A DNA stretch of 61,968 nucleotides, filler included, from Alphaproteobacteria bacterium (lineage in GTDB: Bacteria > Pseudomonadota > Alphaproteobacteria > Caedimonadales > UBA9215), in assembly GCA_024280495.1 (NCBI GenBank). It is 5 parts of 5 records of this genome, joined end to end, with 100 filler letters (N's around TTAATTAATTAA, not from the genome) between each part and the next. Parts side by side here need not be neighbours in the genome. Positions count along the whole stretch, not along the records: positions 37,934 to 54,903 come from JAJRPZ010000019.1; positions 55,004 to 61,968 come from JAJRPZ010000001.1; 3 more parts are not named here. The stretch is one strand, 5' to 3'. Positions 50,095 through 60,931 of the stretch are shown here, one piece after another. How positions within the stretch are numbered: the first letter of the stretch is position 1; each line of letters begins with the position of its first letter. A program made the position numbers and the translations under genes. Under the pieces are notes generated by a model. The model was not told the origin of the DNA and searched no databases. It saw only the letters and a program-made list of their open reading frames with translations.

Positions 50095-51164
50095 CTTTGT
50101 AATTTTTTATATACATCCAAGATGCCTTTTGCTTCGTGGTCAAGGGTGAAAATCTTGCGGACATGCTTTAGAGCATGAGTCCCATGGGTCTCAAGAAGGG
50201 TGGGGGAAGCTAGATAGAGATTCACATGTTTTGACATATCGTCTGCTGTTGTTTTAACAATGTACCCACATTTTTTAGGAATAATTTCGCGGAAGACACC
50301 AACATCCGTTGCGATCGTGGGGGTGCCACAAGCCATGGCCTCAAGGGGCGTGAGGCCATATCCTTCATAAAGGGAAGGCACGACATAGATGTCTAAGGCT
50401 TTATAATACTCTTGAATATTTTTCTTCTCACCTAAGAAAAGGATTTGCTCTTCCATACCAGCGTCTTTGATGCGCTGTTTAAGGCTTCCTTCAAATTTTT
50501 TATGTTGAGGGGTTGTGCGTCCTAAAATAATTGCTTTCCAGTTTTTGTTATGTTTGAGGGTTTTAATCATAGAATCAACAAATAAATCAGTACCTTTTTT
50601 AGGACGCACGCGTCCAAAACATCCGATATACAGCGCATTCGCATCAAGACCAAGGCTGTGTTTGTGCTTTGACTTATGGTGGGTCGGCGTAAAACGATCA
50701 GTATCAACGCCATGCATGACAACGGTGATTGGGGTGATGATTTTGCCGTTTTTTTTCAAAAAGGGCTCGATAAAGGGGGTGGTTTTCGAACTTGTGGCGA
50801 TAATATGATCCATGCGTGACATAAGCCACTGTGTGTATTTTGTGTGTTTACGCTGGGAGGCTGATGTGAAAATAAGCTTTAAGGGTAAGCGCATAATATC
50901 TCTTAAAAAAACAGCAAAGAGCATTTCGTTGTTGCGTCTAGCGTGAAAAATGCGGTGGGTGGCGCCGAGAGGTTTTTGATACAGCTTAAAAAGATCAATA
51001 AATGAAATGGAGGGTAAGTTAGGGGGAAGGCCTGGGCCAAGAGTTCTGATGTCATATTTCATTTTTTGCATGGGAGGTACAAGATTAATCACCGTGGAAG
51101 TCACGCCAGACAGGCGTTTTTTAAAATTAGGAGCAATGGCAAGAAGAGTTCTTAAGTTGGTCAT
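50091..51164 (-). CDS. GT4 glycosyltransferase, LpcC/LpsB-like LPS core mannosyltransferase
   Basis: IAPNFKKRLSGVTST, HARRNNEM, FTSASQRKH, GCFGRVRPKKGTDLFV, EGYGLTPLEAMA. Confidence 0.88.
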   Translation of the reverse strand: MTNLRTLLAIAPNFKKRLSGVTSTVINLVPPMQKMKYDIRTLGPGLPPNLPSISFIDLFKLYQKPLGATHRIFHARRNNEMLFAVFLRDIMRLPLKLIFTSASQRKHTKYTQWLMSRMDHIIATSSKTTPFIEPFLKKNGKIITPITVVMHGVDTDRFTPTHHKSKHKHSLGLDANALYIGCFGRVRPKKGTDLFVDSMIKTLKHNKNWKAIILGRTTPQHKKFEGSLKQRIKDAGMEEQILFLGEKKNIQEYYKALDIYVVPSLYEGYGLTPLEAMACGTPTIATDVGVFREIIPKKCGYIVKTTADDMSKHVNLYLASPTLLETHGTHALKHVRKIFTLDHEAKGILDVYKKLQS

Positions 51165-51315
51165 TTAAAGGACAATTTATTGTTAATATGATTCCTTTAG
51201 GGTAACTGAAAAAATTTATTTATCAATTTCTAAAATTAGGGCTAGACAAAAGTTCATAGACCCATTAAAAAATGAAGGTATCGGAACGAATCATTTAAAT
51301 ATAGTTTCTTGATAA

Positions 51316-51391
<76 letters not shown>

Positions 51392-51508
51392 CTTTCCCCT
51401 TCTTTTTTTGTTATTTATTCTAATGATCATTTTGGCCCTTGCTAAAATGTTGATACCTTTCTAGAATCAAGGCAGTTTTACAATCTCTTTTTTAGTGAAA
51501 GTCGTCTT

Positions 51509-52615
51509 ATGGAAGTTTTGCAATCCCTTTTTATGAATATTATCCCCTTTGTGGTGGTTCTCTCTGTCCTCGTTTATTTTCATGAAATGGGGCATTACGT
51601 GATTGCGCGCATGAATGGCGTGAGAGTCGAAACTTTTTCCATTGGGTTTGGTCCAGAAATTTTTGGTTGGAATAATAAACATGGAACACGTTGGAAGGTT
51701 AGTTATATTCCTCTTGGAGGGTATGTTAGCTTGGCCAGTGAAGATGAAGTTGAAGGCACAAAATCCTCGAGAGCTGATTCTGGATCCATGATGAGTAAAA
51801 CACCCTGGCAACGTATTGCCATCTCTTTAGGGGGGCCAGCGGCTAATTATATTTTAGCTATTATTTTGTTCACTGGATTGTATGTTACCGTTGGTCAAAA
51901 AGTTCCTTTGAATGAAGTTGAATTTGGTGACGTGGCCGTTGAGAGTCCAGCTCAAAAAGCAGGACTTGAAAAAGGGGATGTTTTATTGAATATTGAGGGT
52001 GTTGATGTCATGAGTATTGGTGCTTTTCAAGAAAAAGTATCAAAAAGTGCTGATCAACCGCTCTCTTTTCGTATACGTCGCGGCGAAGAAGAACAAACAA
52101 TTCTTGTGGTTCCAGAATCTTTGAAGGACGATAAAAGTGCAGCCAAAATTGGTGTTATGATTTCTCCCCGAGTTGAAATGAAAATACACGGTATCATTGA
52201 TGCCGTAAAATATGCTGTTGTTGATACTTGGAATATGACCGTTCAAACACTTAAATATCTTGGACAAATGATTGCAGGAGAACGTTCTTCTGATGGTCTG
52301 AGCGGCCCCATTGGTATCGCGAATGTTGCGGGGCAAGTGGCCCAACAAGGTGTTGTGGCACTCATTTGGTTGGGGGCTATATTATCCATTAACCTTGGTT
52401 TGATTAATCTGTTTCCCGTTCCTATGTTGGATGGTGGTCATGTGGTTTTTTATATAATCGAAATTATTCGCGGTAAGCCCTTGCCAGAAAAGGCCCTTGA
52501 GTTCTTTTATCGTATTGGCTTTGCCCTTGTTATGTCTTTAATTTTGTATTCAACTTGGAATGATCTTTCTCGTTTGAAAGTCGTACAATTCGTGCAAAAT
52601 CTATTTGGTTTTTAA
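51509..52615 (+). CDS. rseP: RIP metalloprotease RseP
   Basis: HEMGH, FSIGFGP, PLGGYV, PDZ domain, NLFPVPMLDGGH. Confidence 0.96.
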   Translation: MEVLQSLFMNIIPFVVVLSVLVYFHEMGHYVIARMNGVRVETFSIGFGPEIFGWNNKHGTRWKVSYIPLGGYVSLASEDEVEGTKSSRADSGSMMSKTPWQRIAISLGGPAANYILAIILFTGLYVTVGQKVPLNEVEFGDVAVESPAQKAGLEKGDVLLNIEGVDVMSIGAFQEKVSKSADQPLSFRIRRGEEEQTILVVPESLKDDKSAAKIGVMISPRVEMKIHGIIDAVKYAVVDTWNMTVQTLKYLGQMIAGERSSDGLSGPIGIANVAGQVAQQGVVALIWLGAILSINLGLINLFPVPMLDGGHVVFYIIEIIRGKPLPEKALEFFYRIGFALVMSLILYSTWNDLSRLKVVQFVQNLFGF

Positions 52616-52690
52616 ATGAATAAGATTTAAAAACACTTAAAAACACAAGCCCATTTGAAACTATTTATTAAGAATAAAGAGGAATAAACG

Positions 52691-54903
52691 TTGCGTAATA
52701 AGATTTTTATGACTGTTGTCAGCCTTTCTGTCCTTGTTGCTTCTGTGGAATTTTCCCACTCTGCATATGTAACAGAAAAAACCGTTAAAGCCCTTGAAGT
52801 CGTCGGAAATAAACGCATCGAAGCAGAAACCATCAGATCTCTTTTGGTTTCTGATAAAGGGGGGACGTTTTCTGAAAACAACTTGAATGCCTCTTTGAAA
52901 CGTCTTTATGCATCTGGTTATTTTAAAGATGTCCAATTGGATGTTCGCGGAAAAACACTTTATGTGACGGTGGTGGAAAACCCTAATGTTAACCGTATTG
53001 GCTTTGAAGGTAATGACGATATTGAAGATTCTATTCTCAAGATTGAAGCAGGCATGGTACCGCGTCAGCCCTTGACAAGAGCTTCCCTTAAAAGGGCCGT
53101 CAATAAAATTAAGCGTATTTACCGTAACAAAGGTTTTTTTGTTTCTAATGTTGTTCCAAAAATTGTAAAGCTTCCTCAGAATCGGGTGGATATTGTTTTT
53201 GAAATCGAAGAGGGTGAAAAAACAAAAGTTGGCCGTATTTTCTTTATTGGGAATAAAAACCTGAGTTCTGGTGATCTTGAAACGGCCATTCAAACCAAGC
53301 AAAGCCGTTGGTATCGATTTTTTACCAATGATGATAATTATGATCCAGACCGCATGGCCTATGACCGTGAATTATTGCGTTTATTCTATTTATCAAAGGG
53401 ATATGCAGATTTTCGCGTGAAATCCTCTGTTGCTGAGTTAAGCCCTGATCAAAAGGAATTTTTTTTGACTTTCACCGTAGATGAAGGTCCTCGTTATGAC
53501 ATCGGGGGTATATCTGTATCGTCAAAATTAGAGGGAGTGGATATTTCTGATTTAGAAAAGGTCGTGACGTTTTCCAAGGGAGATATTTTTAATAATAAAA
53601 AAGTTGAAAAATCCGTTGATGCCATTGTGGATGCCGTTGGCAAACGTGGTTATGCCTTTGTAGATGTTTTTCCTAATATTAAAAAAGATCCAAAAACAAA
53701 ATTGATTCAAGTGGAATTTCTTCTCTCAGAAGGTCCCCGTGTTTACGTTGAAAATATTAAAATCATTGGAAACTCTCGTACTGATGATGATGTAATTCGC
53801 CGTGAGATGCTTCTTTATGAAGGGGATGCCTATAATTCTGAAAAAATGAAACGTTCCGAACGCCGCATTAAAAATCTTGGGTACTTTAAAAATGTAACCG
53901 TGAAAAGAGAGCCTGGAAGCTATCCTGATCGTTTAAATATTATCATCCTTATCGAAGAAGATAAAACTGGTGAAGTCAGTATTGCTGGTGGTTTTTCAAC
54001 TCAAGATGGTATTATTGGTGATGTGAAATATACGGAACGTAATTTTCGTGGTCGCGGTCAAGAAGTAAGCATTGGTGCTGTATTATCTAAAAAACGCAAA
54101 GAATTTACCTTTGCTTTTACTGAACCAAAATTCATGAATATGGATTTAGCCGTTGGAATCGAACTTTTTAAAACTGTACAAAGCACCTTTTTTGATCAGA
54201 GTTTTGTTCAACGTCAAATGGGAGGAACGTTGAGTGCTGGGTATGAATTAGCACCAGATTGGCACCATAGTTTGAGCTATACACTTCGTCAGGATAAGAT
54301 TTCAGGAATTCCTATCACTGCCTCTGTGGCAGTGATAGAGCAAGGAGGATCAAAGATTTTATCTCAAGTGAGTCACACGCTTTCTTATGATAGGCGGGAT
54401 ACCCGCGTGAACTCAACAACGGGTTACGTCATTGGCGTTAGCAATACTTTTGCTGGTGTTGGTGGTGATATCCGTTACTTGAAAAATTCCATTTTTGCTG
54501 CCTATTATTATCCTGTTTTTGAAAACTGGATTCTTGAGATTTCCTCTCGCTTTAGTTTCATGCTAGGCCTTGGCAAAAGAACACGTGTGGTTGATAGATA
54601 TACCCTTGGAGCAGATTCTCTCCGTGGTTTCGAAGTATCTGGAGTGAGTCCGCGTTCAAAAACGGGTCTGAAGGAAGCTCTTGGCGGCCGCAAGTTATTT
54701 GTGACAACTGCTGAATTGATTTTTCCCATTGGTTTGCCCAATGAGTTTGGTGTCAAGGGAGCAGCCTTTATGGATGTTGGTACCGTATGGGATTCAGGGG
54801 TTAGGAAATCACTAAAAGCAGGCGTCAATGACTCTTCGAAAATTCGTGTCTCAGTTGGTGTTGGTCTTCGTTGGCGCTCCCCCTTTGGTCCTATTAAAAT
54901 AGA
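52691..54903 (+). CDS. bamA: Outer membrane protein assembly factor BamA (3' truncated)
   Basis: VVGNKRIEAETI, POTRA repeats, LRGFEVSG, GVGLRWRSPFGPIKI. Follows rseP. Confidence 0.96.
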
Positions 54904-55003
54904 NNNNNNNNNNNNNNNNNNNNNNNNNNNNNNNNNNNNNNNNNNNNTTAATTAATTAANNNNNNNNNNNNNNNNNNNNNNNNNNNNNNNNNNNNNNNNN
55001 NNN
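54904..55003. other. Artificial contig linker
   Basis: N44-TTAATTAATTAA-N44. Confidence 0.98.
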
Positions 55004-55014
55004 AGGGAAATGAT

Positions 55015-55611
55015 TTAAACAAGCTCATCATCACGGATTTCTGGGTCAGTATTTTTAAAAAGACCATACGCAAGACCAATGTTAGAATGAATCCCGCCAC
55101 TTGGAAAAAATGCCTGCGCCCATTTTGAGAATGTCAACATTGAAGAAACAGGAACATTATTTAAAAGAAAGTCCAGATACACCCTTCTAGATTTAATGTT
55201 TTTTGCTAGATTTCCCCCCTCAACGACTTCCGATATACACAAACTACGCAATATTTTTTGTGCATTTTCTTCTACTAAAACGCCTTTAGGCAATTCTTCG
55301 TCAAAATAGTAAGACTGTAATAAAATTGGATCGAAAACAATATTCCTTAAGTCCCAAGAAACATAGGAAATATTCCAAAGATCAAGGGGTTTTAAATATT
55401 CTAAGACACTTAAAAGAAGTTCATCGGATAACAACAATAACTGAGAATTATTATTGCCATCATATATAAATTCTTCCTGAGTATAAACGAGGGTAACACT
55501 ATTTTTAACGGGAGGATCACATACCTCTGAGACATCGTTGCCAAAAGAAGCTCTTACCTCAAAAATGCTTATATGAATAAAAATAAAATAAAAAAATAAC
55601 CTGAGAGTCAT
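55015..55611 (-). CDS. Secreted F-box domain protein
   Basis: Signal peptide (..FEVRA/S) then LLLLSDELLLSVLEYLKPLDLWNISYVSWDLRNIVFDPIL, matching the F-box consensus (L..LP.E.L..I..YL...DL...S.VS..W......). Confidence 0.75.
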   Translation of the reverse strand: MTLRLFFYFIFIHISIFEVRASFGNDVSEVCDPPVKNSVTLVYTQEEFIYDGNNNSQLLLLSDELLLSVLEYLKPLDLWNISYVSWDLRNIVFDPILLQSYYFDEELPKGVLVEENAQKILRSLCISEVVEGGNLAKNIKSRRVYLDFLLNNVPVSSMLTFSKWAQAFFPSGGIHSNIGLAYGLFKNTDPEIRDDELV

Positions 55612-55670
55612 TTAATATAATCTCTTTTTCTAAAACAATATTGCTTGAAATAAAGCCATATCACAACTAA

Positions 55671-57140
55671 TCATATTTCAACAGAAAAAATATTTTCCAA
55701 TTGCTCAAAACCATCTTGAAAAGTGATTTTTTCATCTTTGTTCTGAGAAATAAAGTCATCCAGCTTGTCAAAAAAAGAAATGGCTTCATCAACGTTGGGG
55801 TTAGACCCTTCACGATAAGCTCCCAAACGAATAAGCTCTTCCATATCATCGTAAGTGGATAGATACCCCCTCGCCCGCTTAATAAGGTCACTTTCATAAG
55901 CATCATTGCAATCGGGCATGGTTCTTGAAATACTACGCAAGATATTGATGGCTGGAAAACGACCCCGTTCTGCAATTTTGCGATCCATCATAATATGACC
56001 ATCTAAAATACCACGGGTTGTATCGGAAATAGGTTCATTATCATCGCCGCCTTCAACCAAAACCGTAAAGAGCCCCGTGATATTCCCCATTTCATTGTGC
56101 GATCTATCATTTTTTCTATCTGAACCAGGCCCCGCGCGTTCTAAAAGCCGTGGCAACTCTACAAATACATTGGGGGTATACCCTTTGGTAGTGGGAGGCT
56201 CCCCAACGGACAATCCAATTTCCCGAAGAGCCATGGCAAAACGTGTGACACTATCCATCAAACAGAGAACTTCTTTTCCCTGATCTCGAAAATATTCTGC
56301 AACGGACATGGTTGTGTAAGCAGCACGCCGACGCATCAACGCTGGCTCGTCGGATGTTGCAACGATAACAACGGATCGCGCCATTCCCTCCATACCAAGA
56401 TGACGATCAATAAATTCACGGACTTCACGGCCACGTTCTCCAAGTAAACCAATGATAATAATATCGGCCTTTGAAAATTTGGCGAGCATGGAAAGTAAAA
56501 CAGATTTACCAACACCTGATCCTGCAAAAATCCCCATGCGCTGACCAGCACAGCAAGTTGTAAAAGTGTTCATTGCTCTAACACCAAGGTCGATACGATT
56601 TTCAACCAAACGACGCTGATGGGCAGGAATGGGCGACGCGTTCAGCTCATAGGCACTGGGGCCAGAAACAAGCCCCCCCTTTTCATCAACGGGAGACCCA
56701 AAAGCATCTAAAGTCCGACCAAGCCAACTATCATGAGGATAAATAACATTACTTTGTCCCTCATAAAAAACGCAACACCCAGGTCCTAGACCTTCAATGG
56801 ACGCATAGGCCATCACAAGGGATTGATCCCCCTTAAAACCAACAATTTCACAGGGAAAGGATTTTTTCTTACGATTTTCAATACGACAAATGGAACCAAC
56901 AGAAACTAATTTTTGTAATCCTGAAACTTCAATAATGCTTCCAACGATTGTAGTCACAAAACCATAGTGACTTGTTGAATCCAGACGTTCAATTTCGGCA
57001 TAAAGCCCCTTGAGCATGGGATTGTCAAGATTAGCTTCATCATTGCTCATATCATTTTGGAGTGCCTCAGGCAATGGAAGGTTAACCTCAAGATTTTGGG
57101 CAGTATCATCACTATTCATATTGGTTTCCTGTAAAGCCAC
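55671..57140 (-). CDS. fliI: Flagellar export ATPase FliI
   Basis: GQRMGIFAGSGVGKS, GERGREV, DSVTRFAMA, GEPPTTKGY, RGILDGHI. The start is uncertain. Confidence 0.95.
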   Translation of the reverse strand: MALQETNMNSDDTAQNLEVNLPLPEALQNDMSNDEANLDNPMLKGLYAEIERLDSTSHYGFVTTIVGSIIEVSGLQKLVSVGSICRIENRKKKSFPCEIVGFKGDQSLVMAYASIEGLGPGCCVFYEGQSNVIYPHDSWLGRTLDAFGSPVDEKGGLVSGPSAYELNASPIPAHQRRLVENRIDLGVRAMNTFTTCCAGQRMGIFAGSGVGKSVLLSMLAKFSKADIIIIGLLGERGREVREFIDRHLGMEGMARSVVIVATSDEPALMRRRAAYTTMSVAEYFRDQGKEVLCLMDSVTRFAMALREIGLSVGEPPTTKGYTPNVFVELPRLLERAGPGSDRKNDRSHNEMGNITGLFTVLVEGGDDNEPISDTTRGILDGHIMMDRKIAERGRFPAINILRSISRTMPDCNDAYESDLIKRARGYLSTYDDMEELIRLGAYREGSNPNVDEAISFFDKLDDFISQNKDEKITFQDGFEQLENIFSVEI

Positions 57141-57203
57141 ATAAATATTTTACACGATTTTACAAGAAGCCCTATTATTTTTTAAAAGAGTTTCAAAAAA
57201 AAT

Positions 57204-58187
57204 TTAAGGAGCCAATATCGTTTCTCTTTCAAAGACATCCAACAACCATAAAGGCGGACAATCAAGCCAACTTAATAAAATAGCAGTCAATAGATTGCCA
57301 GGCAAATAAGTAATAGATCCAGCTCTAACATAACAAAGGACTCCACGAATGTCATTTTTCTGAACAATTTGTAAAATTGCTTCTTTAGGTGTCTGAATCC
57401 GAGGTCTTATATTAGGGGTTTGAAGCCATAAAAGAACCAGTCTTTGTGGGGCTAAAATAACTCCAGATGTAAATGTTGTCAAAGTTCCCACACCTAAAAG
57501 TTGTGGCACTGAAAGCTGTTCACGCTCAAAATAATTTTGAAATAAGGTTCTGTATAGAATATCACACCCTAGATATACTGCCCAAGAACTGAAACTATTA
57601 AAAAGATAAAAAGCGGGTTGTTTATAGAGGGTTTTAGCATTCATAATGTCTTTTAAAGATGACCCAATAGTTTTATAGGGACTCGCTTTCCAAGAGAGTG
57701 CTACCTCGAATGGCTTCAAAAAAACAAGCTCAAACAACGCCATAGAAGTCGCTGTTGCAGTTGTTTTAATAGGCACCCCATGCCCTTGTGTTTTCGTGCC
57801 CACAAAATCATAAATCCACAATCGAATTGGCCAAAATAAAGACCTTGCCAAGCCAAGACCTATTCCATCATTCACTTGACGCATTCCTCCTATTTTCCAA
57901 GATTTTTTAATTTCTGAAAAGAGAGTTTTTCCAGAAAAACCAACGCGGTTCGTGTTGATAATAAGCCAGTGTTCCAGACCGTATCCAAAGACACGAGATC
58001 CTGCTATGGCTGCCATGAACCAATTGGGACGTTGGGAAATTGAGTCTTCTTGAGGGAGTAAAAAAGTTTTAAGGGGTACAGTAGTTGTAGGGAAGTCATT
58101 TGGGTCTTCTTTTAAGGGCACACATGCAAATACACCACAAAAAAAACACTTCAAAAATAAACACAACAAAGGTAATTTTATTAACAA
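57204..58187 (-). CDS. Divergent mitochondrial carrier family (SLC25-like) protein with N-terminal export signal
   Basis: Three roughly 90-100-aa repeats: YGLEHW..KIGGMRQVNDG...LARSL; LKPFEVA..TLYK...SWAVYLGCD; LAPQRLV..LQ..ILQIVQKNDIRGV. N-terminal hydrophobic leader ending GVFAC. Confidence 0.65.
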   Translation of the reverse strand: MLIKLPLLCLFLKCFFCGVFACVPLKEDPNDFPTTTVPLKTFLLPQEDSISQRPNWFMAAIAGSRVFGYGLEHWLIINTNRVGFSGKTLFSEIKKSWKIGGMRQVNDGIGLGLARSLFWPIRLWIYDFVGTKTQGHGVPIKTTATATSMALFELVFLKPFEVALSWKASPYKTIGSSLKDIMNAKTLYKQPAFYLFNSFSSWAVYLGCDILYRTLFQNYFEREQLSVPQLLGVGTLTTFTSGVILAPQRLVLLWLQTPNIRPRIQTPKEAILQIVQKNDIRGVLCYVRAGSITYLPGNLLTAILLSWLDCPPLWLLDVFERETILAP

Positions 58188-58275
58188 TATCTTTCTCCCT
58201 TTTCATTTTAATGGAAAGTATTCTGGTCAAAGGCATAGAAACACATTATCCTAATAAAAAAGAAAAGGGCATATC

Positions 58276-60087
58276 ATGAAACGTTTTTTTGGATTTTTTT
58301 TTAAAACACTAGGTGTTTTAGTGTTCATTCCTCTCATAGCCTTGATAGGCTTTACTTTTTTTGGCTCCCATAAATCCCTTAATATTCAACCCAATAGTGT
58401 GCTAACCCTTGATCTATCTTCCCCTATTATGGAAACATCTTCTTCATCGGGCATCCAAAAGATTTTAACGGGTCCTACTTTATCATTTTTTGATACATTG
58501 CGTGGTATTTCAAGTGCTCAAGCCGATCCACACATTCAAGCCATTGCCCTTTATGTGGAGACGCCAACCCTTGGTCTTGCTCAAATGGATGAAATCAGAA
58601 ATGCTCTTCTGGCCTTTAAAAAGTCTGGTAAAAAAATATATGCTTATGCCACCAGCCTTGGAGATTTCCATCCAGGAACAAGATCTTATTATATGGCGTC
58701 CGTTGCCGATCAAATCTGGATGCAACCCTACTCGAATTTCAACATTACGGGATTTCATATTGATCAACCTTTTTTTGGAGAAATCCTTGAGACCCTCTCC
58801 ATTAAACCACAAATTTTCGCACGCACGATTTACAAGAATGCCTATGCCTCCATGACTGACAGCAAGGCATCTGACCCACAAATCGAAGCTATGAACACCC
58901 TCCTGGGTCAATTTCACGAAACAATCTTCAATAATATTGAGGCCGCTCGTGAACTGGAAAAAGGGCTTTTGCACCGTCTCAGTGCTGAATCCCCTATGAT
59001 GTCTGATACAAAGGCAAAAGAAATGGGGATCATTGATTATTTGGGACATAAAGATCAATTCATTGCTGCTATTTTAGACCCTAATCCCTCTCTATCCCTT
59101 GAAAAAAATCAGAAAAAATCCCTTTATAATCACCCACGTTTAATCTCCATGAAAAAATATGCAAGTGAAATAAAATACCTTTTAAATAAAAAAAACCACC
59201 CTGAAAAAATAGCAATTATCTATGGCAACGGCGTCATTATGCCAAAGGACAGCAATTCTCCCTTTACCATGGGGCCTTCAGACACCATGGGCGCAAACAC
59301 TATTCAACAACAATTTGATGAAGTTTTATCTAACCCTTCTATCAAAGCCATTGTTTTTCGATTAGATACACCTGGTGGATCAGCAACGGCATCAGAAACC
59401 ATTAGGCGCTCTGTCATTATCGCCAAAGAAAAAGGGGTCCCTGTCATCGCATCCTTTGGTAATGTTTCTGCTTCTGGTGGCTATTGGATAGCGGCATCCT
59501 GTGATAAAATTTTAGCAAGCCCTCTTACCATCACTGGATCTATCGGGGTTTTAGCTGGCAAGGTCGTTTTTAATGAAGCTCTCAGTATGTTTAATATCAA
59601 CACGAGTTCTTTTTCTGCTGGCGAGAATGGCTCTATGTGGTCTCCCTTAACGCCCTATACAGAAAAACAAATGGAATTAATCAACACGAGCATGGATCTT
59701 TTTTATGAAAGGTTCATTGAACTCGTCTCCAAGGGGCGCAATTTATCACTGGATCACGTCAGTGAAATAGCTAAAGGCCGTGTGTGGTCTGGTGTTGACG
59801 CCTTGAATTTTGGCCTGGTGGATGAATATGGTGGATTAAATAAAGCCCTAAAAGTCGCTGCAAAACTCGGCGGCATTGCCCAAAACAAGCCCATCACCGT
59901 TCTAGAATATCCTCAAGAAAAAAACCTGGTGGATACAGTAGAAGACTTAATCAGTGGAGAAACTCAGATGATTTCTGATCCCATGCAGAGCTTATGGCAA
60001 ATTTTTCAAAGGATTATTCTATCTCTGCAATTGATGACATCATCGGAGGTTCAGATTCGCGAAACACAAATCGTTAATGTACGTTAA
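58276..60087 (+). CDS. sppA: Signal peptide peptidase SppA (67-kDa type)
   Basis: Two S49 domains: YYMASVAD, YKNA, LDTPGGSATAS, SASGGYWIA, TITGSIGV, AKGRVWSG. Confidence 0.93.
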   Translation: MKRFFGFFFKTLGVLVFIPLIALIGFTFFGSHKSLNIQPNSVLTLDLSSPIMETSSSSGIQKILTGPTLSFFDTLRGISSAQADPHIQAIALYVETPTLGLAQMDEIRNALLAFKKSGKKIYAYATSLGDFHPGTRSYYMASVADQIWMQPYSNFNITGFHIDQPFFGEILETLSIKPQIFARTIYKNAYASMTDSKASDPQIEAMNTLLGQFHETIFNNIEAARELEKGLLHRLSAESPMMSDTKAKEMGIIDYLGHKDQFIAAILDPNPSLSLEKNQKKSLYNHPRLISMKKYASEIKYLLNKKNHPEKIAIIYGNGVIMPKDSNSPFTMGPSDTMGANTIQQQFDEVLSNPSIKAIVFRLDTPGGSATASETIRRSVIIAKEKGVPVIASFGNVSASGGYWIAASCDKILASPLTITGSIGVLAGKVVFNEALSMFNINTSSFSAGENGSMWSPLTPYTEKQMELINTSMDLFYERFIELVSKGRNLSLDHVSEIAKGRVWSGVDALNFGLVDEYGGLNKALKVAAKLGGIAQNKPITVLEYPQEKNLVDTVEDLISGETQMISDPMQSLWQIFQRIILSLQLMTSSEVQIRETQIVNVR

Positions 60088-60198
60088 GTTATTGAATTAA
60101 CTTCTTCAATATAATCATTTCAGTCTATAAACAAAAAAACACGCCTATATTTTTATAGGCGTGGGAGTGATTGACGACGTCTGTAAATTTCTTGTAAG

Positions 60199-60858
60199 CT
60201 ATAAGATACTTTGCCCCGTGGCCTTCCAATCTTTTTCAAAGGTCTCTAAGCCTTTATATGTCAATGGATGGTCGTACATAGCCTTTATTATTTTACCTGG
60301 TAAGGTCGCCACATCAGCGCCTAATAAGGCAACATCTTGCACATGTTTTGTGGAACGTATTGATGCTGCTAGAATTTCCGTTTCAAATTCTGGGTAATTC
60401 ATATAAATATCTGCAATATCAGAAATTAAATCCGTACCATCCATACCAAGGTCATCAAGGCGACCCAAAAAAGGGGAAATAAACGCAGCACCAGCCTTAG
60501 CAGCTAATAATGCTTGGTTAGCAGTAAAACACAAAGTGACATTCACCAATGTATTATCAGAAGAAAGCGCACGACAAACGCGAAGACCATCAATGGTTAA
60601 GGGAACTTTAATGGCAATGTTATCAGAAATTTTGCGCAAGACTTCTGCTTCTTTCATCATGGTTTCGTAATCAAAAGAAGTTACTTCGGCACTCACTGGA
60701 CCATGAGAAACAAGGGTACTAATTTCTGCGATGACTTCTTTGAAGTCACGGCCAGATTTAGCAATAAGAGAGGGGTTTGTTGTTACTCCATCAACCATAC
60801 CAGTTTGGACAAGGTCTTTGATTTCAGAGATATCAGCCGAATCAAGAAATATTTTCAT
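60199..60858 (-). CDS. tal: Transaldolase / fructose-6-phosphate aldolase (TalC type)
   Basis: [47 protein letters not shown]. Confidence 0.94.
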   Translation of the reverse strand: MKIFLDSADISEIKDLVQTGMVDGVTTNPSLIAKSGRDFKEVIAEISTLVSHGPVSAEVTSFDYETMMKEAEVLRKISDNIAIKVPLTIDGLRVCRALSSDNTLVNVTLCFTANQALLAAKAGAAFISPFLGRLDDLGMDGTDLISDIADIYMNYPEFETEILAASIRSTKHVQDVALLGADVATLPGKIIKAMYDHPLTYKGLETFEKDWKATGQSIL

Positions 60859-60931
60859 GGTTATTATATCCTTTAAGGTCAAAAAATTATATGGTCATCA
60901 TACATAGGATAAATATAAAGAACAATAAATA

